A stretch of DNA of 64,000 nt from Balamuthia mandrillaris. Lineage: Eukaryota. Location of the stretch: the NCBI GenBank assembly GCA_031835245.2, contig JAVKOQ020000020.1, forward strand, positions 248,001 through 312,000, read 5' to 3'. Position numbers and translations under genes: made by a program. This document shows, piece after piece, positions 49,679-64,000 of this stretch. Below the pieces are notes generated by a model. The model had not been told where the DNA came from. It saw only the letters and a program-made list of their open reading frames with translations, and searched no databases. Positions within the stretch are counted from its first letter, which is position 1; every line of letters starts with the position of its first letter.

Positions 49679-50120
49679 TTAGGACATATCCTTGTCTTCT
49701 TCGTCTTGTCCAAAGGCAACAGCCTTCTGCTGGCTGATGCTCTTCCTCTTTTGCCTCCAAACGATGAGGGTGATGCAGGCAGCAGCCGCCAATACCACCA
49801 CCACAACCCCAATGGGGACGGTGATATAGAGGATGTTGTTGTTGAAGGAGTCGTCGTCGCTCTCGTTCTTCTCGTCCTCAAAGTCGTTTCCGTTCGAAAG
49901 AGGGCCTGTGGTTATCCTCACGGAAGGCTCTTCGTTGCCATCACCATTTCCATCCTCCGTATCATCTGAGTAATAAACGCCATCGTAACCTCCATCGCCT
50001 CCATCGCCTCCATCTCCGCCTGGCGTTACATCGATGAGTTTGGACAAGTCTGGGTCATAGCTATAATGGTAATAAATAAAAGCATGTTAGCATCCTTTCT
50101 ATAACTGAAAGAGGGAGAGG

Positions 50121-50165
<45 letters not shown>

Positions 50166-51180
50166 AAAGTAATTAATGAACCGCGGGAACACGAAGAGCA
50201 ACCTGTACTCGTTGCGGGCGTACCAGACGGTCTCGTAGGTGATAAACTTGACTTGCGCCACCTCGCCATCCATGATGAAGTTTTTGGTGAAGCGCAGCAC
50301 CCAGGTCTCGTTGCCCTGTTGGAACTCGATGCGCTTGAGGCAGGGAGGGTCCGTGTCCAAGGCAGGGTTGAGGTCCTCGGTGTAGAAGGCGACGGTGGCG
50401 CCGGTGGTGAACCGAAGGCGAAAGGCCACGGTGAGCGTGCCTCTTGTTGGGTCCACAAAGTCGCCCCTGTTTGTTTATGTATGCCCCCAACCAAACGCAA
50501 CAGGTAAACAGGAGGGACCCAGAGAAAGAGAAATAGAGGAAGACAACAACCAACCAATTCGAAACACCAAAGTCCAATTTCAAAGAGCCCGCCTCCAACA
50601 GGTACTCCTCCCCTGCAAAGCTTACATTCTGTCTGTACCTATTGATGCCATGCCTGGCCTCAAACTTGACCGGCAGGGTCGACAAGGACAAGACGCTCCA
50701 GTCCAGCTCCGCCAGGTCCTCCGACGTGGTCAACAGCTCTTTAACGGTGGACCAAAAATCGATCGTCATCGGCAGCACTTTGAGTATGGTCATCAATGGC
50801 TTGAGCAAAGCGGCCGCCAGGCACTCCAACCAGTTGTTGCAGTTCAGGCCGGACTCGTAGACGTTCTCGAGGGCGAAACGGACGCCAAAGCCGGCGTCCT
50901 CTCCTCTGTTGTTGAAACGGACGTCCCATTGGAGGCTTCCCTTGGGGAAGGTGGCAGAGAACCAGTCCGTGTGGAGTTGGGTATTTTGGGAGGAGTCCCG
51001 AAAGGCCTCGAAGCGGGTGCTGCTGTACTCTCGCCCCCAGTTTCGACGTTGGTAGAAGGCGGAGGAGGAGGGAGAAGGAGAAGATTCCTCAGCATAAGAA
51101 GAACGCGAAGCAGACGGTACCACAAGAAAACAACTGCATAATACAAGGAAAAGGAACAACGAGCTCGTTGCTCCCTTCAT
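49679..51180 (-). CDS. Uncharacterised type I membrane (cell-surface) protein
   Basis: Signal peptide, beta-rich ectodomain (GSLKLDFGVSNW), acidic GGD-repeat stalk, TM helix IGVVVVVLAAAACITLIVW followed by RQKRK; two introns. Confidence 0.75.
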
Positions 51181-51445
51181 CCTTCCTTTTTCTAAAAGCC
51201 GAAGAAGTAACGCCTCTCCTTATCGTTGCGTTACGTGTGATACCGATATTTTGTTCGCTTCTCTAGAAGTTCGGGAAAAAGAGGATTGGTAGTTGCCATG
51301 CCACCATATTATAATTATGAAGAATCTATTAATTCACCTTTTATACTATTTTTTTTCGCAGGGGTACAACATGTTGGTTGTTGGCTGTGACTCGCCCTCG
51401 CAGGTCACTTGATACCAACAACACCAAAGTTGGCACTCCTCTCCT

Positions 51446-55799
<4,354 letters not shown>

Positions 55800-56396
55800 G
55801 CGCTCTAAACATTTTTACACACTTTCAAAAAAGAGTGGATGGGAATGCAAGGAGAGAGGAAGAACCTTTGGATCAACGTGATGGTTTTTTCAACACAAAA
55901 AAATTTTACGCGCAGTTTCGGATTTTGCTTACAAAAAATAAAAGGGACCCCTTTGTCGCAGAGATGAGCATGAGCGTTGAGTCAGATTGGATTGAACTCG
56001 GTCAAACAACAGACGAAAACGAAGAGGGGATGAGTAGTTTTTTTTTTTACCTTTGCGTGGGCTGGTGTTCGAAACACGCTTTTTTCTTCTTCTTCTCCAG
56101 AAACCAATGCCCCAAGTCCCAGATGCGTGTCCTTTCTCTCTAACGAGCGTTTGGGGAAATGAGAGAAGTAGCGGCAAAAAAAAAAGTATATATGTTGCGG
56201 TTGCTGTTATTTTTGGCTATTGTGCTACGCCAACTTTCCCATAAAACACTTTTTTGAGTCAAAAGCTTCCCAGTCGGTCGCCGCCCCTTTCTCTCCTCTT
56301 GCCGGCTCTTCACCACCACAACATATGCTGAAGAGAGAAGGAAAAAAAAAATAGAACAAAACGAGAAAAGACCTCCCCTTTCCCCTCCCCCTTGTG

Positions 56397-56431
<35 letters not shown>

Positions 56432-56464
56432 AATAAAAAAAACTACACCGATGGTGCCAAATTT

Positions 56465-56639
56465 TTTTCCCGCCGACAATATATACCTTTTTTTTTTTGG
56501 ATAGCAGCAGCCAAGTGGGTGATTTATAATTTTTTTTTACTTTTTCCTTCGTTGAGGCAACAAAAATTTTGGCGGGAAAACCTCTGACCAACCAGAAATC
56601 AGAACGACGGAAACAGCCAATCTCATTTCAAAGAATTGG
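56465..56639 (-). promoter_or_regulatory. Putative Cdc25 promoter with two E2F sites, CCAAT boxes and a CHR-like TTTGAA
   Basis: TTTTCCCGCC 56465-56474, TTTTGGCGGGAAAA 56567-56580, CCAAT 56617-56621, ATTTCAAA 56625-56632, ATTGG 56635-56639. Confidence 0.55.
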
Positions 56640-56892
56640 CATTATTTTTCCGCACCAAGCATCAGATGATCAGCAATAAAAGGGCGGAGCATTGCAGCTT
56701 TTCTATGGGCTGTAGACTGGCGGAGGTGAAGGGGACGATCTAGCCAACGGTGGTGTTTTCTTTTGGACAAGATCGCGCAAAAATAATATAGAATAAAAAA
56801 AACTGGAGAAATACTACAGAAGGAGAAATGCGCAATGTTGACCGAATGGTTTTTATTGCACTCCGCTTCCTGCGCATATATACTGTGCTCTT

Positions 56893-59800
56893 TCAGTGTT
56901 TGAACTCGTCGAAAATGTAGGCGGGCAAATAGCCCTCTACCGACTTGCGGGAGCGATTGCTGTGCAAGCAAAAGGCTTCCAGGAACAAGAGAACGTTGAG
57001 AACTTCAGGTGGATAGTCCTGCATTTTCATCTTCTCATCACTTTTGTTTTTGTTGATGTCGTGAGCGGAAAAAATCGAGAATGAAAGAACGAGAAAGGAG
57101 GGAGAAGGAACGTACGCGCCGAGGGTCACGTTGATGAAGGAACGAACGTACTGGCCTAAGTAAGCCAAAAACTTTTCAGTGTAAAGGGAGTTGAATTGCC
57201 TGAGCATTGTAATCACGCCAACCACATATGCAGTACCATCCACTGCTGTCTTGTCCTTCTTTTGGCATCTCATGATTTCTAAATGAATGAATGTTGTTAG
57301 AAGAATGAAAAAGGAAGAAGAGGAAGAAGCAACAAGGATGAAGGAAGAAGGAAAAAAAATAAGAAGAAGCCAGAAGACGGACGAAAGAAGCACGTACTAA
57401 GGTGGGTGTCGTAGGAAAACTTGGGCATAGTGACTATTACAAAGAGAAATAACAGGAGTGGAAGAAACTCGAGTGGCGGCGTCGTTATGTAGATCTTCAG
57501 GAATGGTTCATGGATGCCAGTGGCTTCCAGATACTTCGTCAGCTCAAATAACAAATAATTATCTTCAGCTGGGTAAGGGTGGCTTTCGGGACTGATTTAT
57601 ACAGAGATTGTTAACAAAGCGAAACAAGAGGACTACAACAAATGTTAAAATAAGTACCTCTTATAGTGTTGTTGAATGTCGGCGATAAGCGATTTATTAA
57701 AGACGTGCAAACTCAGAGAAAGCATATTGGAGTCCAGTTTGGTTAGGAACTGAATTGAGAGACTACGGTTAGCAAGAGATCAAATTTTTAGAAAAAAAGT
57801 TCAAACGTACATGCAGAGAATGAGCTATTTGTCTACGCAAAAGTTGCATTTGTCCGATTTTAGCAATAGTTTCTGGCGGATTGTGTTGTTTAAAACAAAG
57901 TAAGAAATAAAACAATTGCACTATTTGAAAAAACATACCAAGAAACATCGGCCAAAGTAACTTTGTATTGTTCAAGGCGGTGGTATAGAGTTTGGCTGTG
58001 TTGACCGGGATGGTGGTAACGGGCGACAGTTGTTGTGTGAGCTGCTCCAAGAACGAGCTCATGTTCTTGTCCAGCGCTCTGCGGATGTTTCTCACAAATT
58101 GGTGCATCTCTTTCACAATCATGAAGCTGAACAGCTTGTCCAAGCCAGTTACGCCGAATACACCAACGCTTCTAAGCAGTAAGTCAAATGTTCTTATGCC
58201 TACCAATTCTCTGCGCATTTCGTTGTTTGTTTAGGAAAAAAGAGTTAATTGCACATCATTTGGCAAATAGTGAATGCAGGCGATAAGAAAACATACCTTC
58301 CATCCTTGCCATACCACGCACTCATTTGGTCCAGGAACAAAGTTGTGCGATAGTGTGTATGTGTCAATAACGCTCTCGCCAATCTGATAAAATAAAAAAC
58401 CGGAATAGAGCAAGCATAATGAGAAGATAATCACTTAGAAAAAGTTAAAAGAGAAAACGAGAGAGTGAGAATACCGTCCAATAAAGTTCACGGAACGATC
58501 CACCGGAGGAAAGCGAGGAATAGGAATGGCTTTGGATTGGTACTTGGATTGATGATCAAAGATCTGAGTCTTGAGGAAACTGTTGCATTCCTGCTCGACG
58601 TTGTAGTTGACAATGCGGGAGAACTCTTCTTGCCAAAGCTTGAGACCATGGATCTTAACGTAATCTTGAATGTACTGGAACGAACGACTGAAGCCATCCA
58701 ATTGAGAGGCCAACTGTCGAAGCTTGCTTTCAAACTCATCGATGCTAGGGTTCTTGCTTGTGAAAATAAGTGTTCTGTCCATACTTGTTGCTAACTTCTT
58801 CACCAATTCCTACGAAGTTAAGCAACCAAACCAAGTCAGCAAGAAGCGAACAAACTAGACAAAAAAGAAAGACACATACTCGACGAATGCCTTCCTCGAG
58901 CAACTGCTTGGGATCTATTTTGATGATACCAACAAGAGTAGTTTCCATTGCTAGAATACCTTCCGTAAACATCGAGACAGCGTGTGTAGCTTTAGCCAGC
59001 TCGTATCTCAAATCCAATTGTGCAAAATCTTTTAATTCTACTCGTTCCTTTGGTTTAAAAATCAATAACAAGGAGTGTCAAAAAAATAGACAACTAAAAT
59101 GAGGAATGAAGCTAGAGGACAGAAGAGGGACAAGCAAAGAGGAAGGAGGAAACATGGGGTAAAAAAGTTACCAATTTTGTAGGAAGTTCTTGAATTTTGT
59201 TGGTTTGTAGCTCTATGATTTCGTTGAGGATGAGGAACATGCTCTTGGGAATAATGGCCATGACTTTCTTCACGTACGACACCAACTCGCCGGAATAAAA
59301 CTCAGAGACGGAGAAGAGATCGGGACTGTTGATTTGCACAATACGAACTAGAGGAAGCTCCATAATGGATGCCAGTTTGAGGAAAGTAGATCGCAGCTTG
59401 ATAGTAGAAGATGGATCACTGCATTATCATTTGTCAAAAAATGAAGAGAGGAAGTACGTAAGACACAAATAAACCAAATGAGAGGAACAAAAATAAAGAA
59501 AATTGAGAGAGAGAGAGAGAGAGAGAAGAGAGAGGAACGAAATGTAACCGTTTGATGCGATCTTGCATGAGCGGGACATAATCGTTAATGATTTGCCAAG
59601 CATAAGAAATGTCAGCCACGGTACGCATGGTCACCAGGTACTGTTCCTTAATGTTTACAATCCGCAACATTTGACCCAACAATTCTCTTGTGTCTGCCAA
59701 AAAGGTTTTAACTTGAACGCTGGCTTCAATCTGTGGATAGAAACATCATTTTATGTTAGGTACAACAAAAAAAGAAAGGCACAAAGGAAAAAGAAAAGAA

Positions 59801-61391
59801 AGCTATTGCCAAAAACAAAACAATGAAAAAAAAAAGAATTAAAATATGAGGAAAAGATACTTGATGAAACTGTTCCACTTCTTCCAACGCATGAATGAGT
59901 TGCTGGATCTTCCTTCCAGCAGCAGTAGAGTCGCTGTGGTCCAGGTCTGCTATCTTAGTGGCAATATCCATGAACCACTGTTGGAGGTTCTCGTTCTTTG
60001 CAACTCGAGTGAGAGGCTTCTCTCCAGAGAAGTACTCTCCCAGTTCGTTCATGCGTTCGCTGCCTTGAGCCTTGCAGTCGGTCCACATGGAGTCCTTCCG
60101 GTCCAATAAGGATTGGAAGAGATTCTTCAGTACGTACTCGAATTGAGCTGTGTTGAGCAGGAGGAGAAGCACGGAACTGGCGTTGAAGGAGGGGGTTATG
60201 ATCTCTGCCAGTTTTTTGTTCTTGGCGCTTGCATCTTTTGACGAACAGTTAAAGAAACAACGCAAACTTGAAAAAAAAAAACAAGATACAACAACAAAAA
60301 AGAAAGTAGGAAAAAAAGGATACGAAGCATTAACCACCGAAGAGCAACATTGCACTGCCGGAGGCAGTTCATCAACTTCGAATGGTTTTCCAATACATAA
60401 TCATCCACTAAGATACCCTGTTCATTATTGGAAAGTGAGAAACAAAAATCACATTGACACGAAAGAAAATAAAATACCTCAGTGAGATATCCGGCGATTT
60501 CGTTAAGTAGCTTAGGAACACGTTCCGTGTGACGAGAGAGCAAGTTCTTGATGTTGGGAATGCTTAACGTGTTGGCCAATGCAGCCTTGGCGGCTGGATA
60601 GATGTCCCAGTCCACTGAGAGATCTGCTGTATAACCCAAATAGTAGGAAATAACCCAATTGTCTGAAAAGTGTTTGTCCACTATCTCTCTCATCATTGAC
60701 TAATACATTATATGTTTAACAAATAATCTTAAGCAAATAGAGAGAGAGAGAGAGAGAGAGAGAGGAGGGAGGGAGGAGGGAGGGTTAACTGAGTACATAC
60801 TTGTTCTTTGGCAAGAATGTGTGGAGCGAACCAAAGAAGGATGTAAAGCATGGCACCTTGGTTGGCTAATGCTGTGCTGCGGTGCTCAGGAAGAGGATAA
60901 CATTGCATTTGACTATAAATGTCGTCCGCTCTTAGCCGTCCGATGATCATTTCTATTACTGTTTGTGGCAATGGATACCTTGCAAAAACATACACAACAA
61001 AGAGTGAGATCATGAAATCAATTTTTAAGAGACAAAAGAAGAAGAACAAGAACAAGAAGAAGAAGAACAAGAACAAGAACAAGAACAAGAACAAGAACAA
61101 GAACAAGAACAAGAACAAGAACAAGAACAACAAGAAGAAAAAAGAAGAAGAAAAAAAGAAGAAAAAAGAAGAACAAGAAGAACAAGAAGAAAAGGTACCT
61201 GGCAAAGTATTTTACGGGATAGTCAGCAGGTTTGCGGTTCTCTCTGACTGAATAGCCAGTAGTACGACAGAGCTTGCACACTTCATCCAGAAGCGGTACT
61301 TCGGCGTGGCCCTAATTGTGATTTACTTTTCATCAACACCAGCTACAGGGAGAAGAGGAGAGGGAGAGAGGGGGAGAGAGGGAGAGAGAGG

Positions 61392-61433
<42 letters not shown>

Positions 61434-62150
61434 AGCGAGCTTGAAAAAACAAGAGGGAACAAACGAAGAGCAAACCTTATAGGCGAAGGTAAGACATTAA
61501 CAGCCGCTCGCGAACGACGCCCTCAATACGGCGGTCCATAAGAGTAAGCATAACACCGTACAGATAAACCGCCTCCGCCATCAATTGTTGTCCATCTTGA
61601 TTCAACAAAACGCTCTGAAAGTGAAACATTGATTAGCAAAAAAAACAAACAAACAAACAAACAAACAAACAAACAAATAAAACGAGGAGGGAAAGCAAGA
61701 GCAAGTACTCGGGCGTTTGTTGGATGAAGACACCGCCCTCCAAGTCCTCAATGTACTTTGTAAAGTCGGTCAAGTACTTGTAAATGCTCTCAAAGAGGAG
61801 GTAGAAGCGAGTGAGGATCTCCATGTGGGCCTCCTTGAAGCTCTCGTCCAAGTCCCTCAGCTCGTCCGAGGTCTCGATGCGCGTCTCATAGAGCTCGTAC
61901 TTCTTCAAGTAGCTAAAGTCGAATATGATCTCCGTATAAAGCTTCGGATTCAGGTTGATCTTAGAGGAGGAGGAGAGCAGAGAGGAGGAAGAGGAGGAGG
62001 AGGAAGATTTCTCGCTGGGATCCACAAAAATCGGAGGCACGTTGTCGGCCAGTCGCAAGAGCTCGGCCACGATGGCATTGCCTCGGCTTACCAAGCGAAG
62101 CAAGTTTGGCCGGCGGCACTGGCCGGCGAAAGAAAGTCATCGGAAGCCAT
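56893..62150 (-). CDS. WASHC5: Strumpellin, WASH complex subunit 5
   Basis: [117 protein letters not shown]. Confidence 0.97.
60235..60323 (-). other. U12-type (minor spliceosome) GT-AG intron in strumpellin
   Basis: 5' site GTATCCTTT; branch-like TTTCTTTAAC 13 nt before the 3' end; no pyrimidine tract before AAAAG; phase 1, restoring RWLMLH. Confidence 0.75.
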
Positions 62151-62369
62151 GGGTCCCTCTCTCTCTCTCTTTCTTTTCCTTCTTCTTCTGCTACTCTTTT
62201 CCGCTACGTTTTCTTTTTTTCTGCTTTTTTAGGTCAAACTCGTAGCTTGGTTTTTCCCCGATCTAATAGTTTCATTTCGTGTCGACGGAGGCAAGTTCGG
62301 TAATCATGTCGTCATGTAGTAGACCGTAAAGCAAGACCTATGTGTATTTTGTTCAACTCCAAGAGAGGA

Positions 62370-62620
62370 TTACGCTTGACGGGGGAACCAAGGGAAGAAC
62401 ATGCTGGTTTGTTGCTGGTAACGCGCGTACTCTGCGCCTCGATGGGCGAGGGAGCCTTGCTCCGTCAACGGCACGCCGGTGAAGTGAACCAGGAAGTAGG
62501 CCAGCAAGGGAATGCCGCAAAGAATGCTCTTGTCCGTTGTGGTGCGGGCAGAGGGCCAAGCAAAGATGGCGTAGGCCACCCATATCATGAACTCAAAGAA
62601 GTAATTGGGATGTCTTTTAA

Positions 62621-62657
<37 letters not shown>

Positions 62658-63637
62658 GGGAGAAAAAGAAGTGAAGATTTGGTTAGTAAGAAGCCTGCAA
62701 TTTTGTCCCTTTCACTCAGCTCTCTTTCTTTTTGCTCTCCTCACTCCTCTGCTGCTCATCCACACCTCTCTTGCTGTTCAGCGATTCTTACCTGGAATAC
62801 TTCCACAACCCTACGTTGCAAACACGGCCCTTGTTAGGGTTCCTGCTTGCCTTCCATTTGGCCAGCTGCACATCTGCCACGTTCTCCATGTAAAAGCTAA
62901 ATGCCCACAATGCCGCTCCCAACACCTCCATCCAATGCAACCGTCCTCCGAACAGACCACCACTTCCTCTGCTGCTGTCCCCAGTGGAGCCGTTATCATT
63001 GTTGCAAGCCAAATAGCTGGGCAACAGCATCATCAAAAGGTTGGACAAGCTTTGAGCCTGATAGAAGAAGAAAAAGTTGAGGGCATGGCTGCGCAGGCCC
63101 AACCAACCCTCCCCTCGGCTCCATCGTTGCCGCCACAGGTCCCAACGCTTGTCCTCCCCATGGTGCCTGGTCCGCAGGATCCAGCCGTAGTTGAAGCGAA
63201 GACCGCAGAGGAGGTACATGGCGGTGATTAGGGCGCGGCGCAGCGGAGGAGCCGTCCCTGTGAGACCGTTAGTAAGGGCGATGGCGGAGAAGCCGGAAGG
63301 CCAGGCCCAATCCACCAACCCTCCGTTTTGCAGAGGCTTTTTCAAAAAGAATTTTAAAAAAACAATGAAGACGAAGCTGAAAGTCAGGTGCAATGTTGAA
63401 ACAGGAAAAAACTGAAAAAAATGTAACAGCTGAAAGAAGAAAAAAAAAAAGATGATGACTATCAAAAGCCATGGAGATGGGTATCAGCCCTAGATGTGTG
63501 TATTGTACCTTGATGAGCAACCATGCCGCTACGAAATAGGCGGAGTGGAAGGCCGCAATGGTAGGGAACAAAGGGGGGCGAACCACTGAGCCCGTCTTCA
63601 CGCCCACCTGATGAATGCCGTCACGCAAACTGACCAT
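62370..63637 (-). CDS. DUF1295 / steroid 5-alpha-reductase-like membrane protein
   Basis: GGLVDWAWP, GEDKRW, FFFFYQAQ, ENVADVQLAKWK, VCNVGLWKYSRHPNYFFEFMIW, FTGVPLTE, YARYQQQTSMFFPW. Confidence 0.92.
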
Positions 63638-63902
63638 GCTCCTCCCATATTCTCTGTTTCTTCTTTGGAACATGACCAGCACTGAATACCCTATTCTTTG
63701 TGACGAAAAAGAACTCGAAATGTCCAAAATTTTCAGCATTTTTTCAAAAAAATCGAACGAATTCACTCAATTTTGTCGTAAAAACAGAAACAATTCTTCA
63801 ATATTGAGCTTTAATTCGATATATTAAGAAACATCACCGATAATTGAACGTAATACAAAAGACAGAAAAACAGAGAAGACCGTTCGTGTTGCTGTAACAG
63901 GA

Positions 63903-64000
63903 ATGGACCGCGTTCAAAAGATGGTGGCCAGACAGAGGAGAGGGAGGAGGCCATGCGCAAGAAAGAGGAGGAGCGCCTCAGGCAGGAGGAGGAAAAGAAG
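63903..64000 (+). CDS. 5' start of a charged coiled-coil protein (3'-partial)
   Basis: ATG at 63903 opens MDRVQKMVARQRREEEAMRKKEEERLRQEEEK, running to the window end. Confidence 0.55.
   Translation, partial: MDRVQKMVARQRRGRRPCARKRRSASGRRRKR

Overview
Gene-dense eukaryotic genomic DNA with short GT-AG introns that often contain (CT)n, (GA)n or (CAA)n microsatellites. The 5S rRNA closely resembles the Acanthamoeba castellanii 5S as I recall it, so the source is probably a centramoebid amoebozoan (Acanthamoeba/Balamuthia-like; inference). About 24 protein-coding genes can be built by hand. They include purple acid phosphatase, adenylate kinase, a GBP-type GTPase, neutral ceramidase, an F-box/SPRY protein, acylphosphatase, a GCPII/TfR-like protein, a GH32 enzyme, an endophilin-like protein, an arrestin-domain protein, a sulfotransferase, two ENA-type P-type ATPases, a pyruvyltransferase, Vma12, Cdc25, strumpellin and DUF1295. 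Most notable: (1) a compact RNA-gene cluster at 8.8-10.75 kb with three identical 5S genes in alternating orientation, interleaved with a divergent U2 snRNA gene and a second U2 copy split by a ~630-bp insert; (2) two genes that each join a nucleotidyltransferase-like domain to a T4-Rnl1-like RNA-ligase domain with substituted catalytic motifs; (3) a TPT-like transporter fused to a pyruvyltransferase; (4) a CG-1-like/TIG/LRR protein; (5) a U12-type intron in strumpellin; (6) E2F/CHR/CCAAT elements upstream of Cdc25. All gene models and family calls come from manual motif reading, with no database searches.
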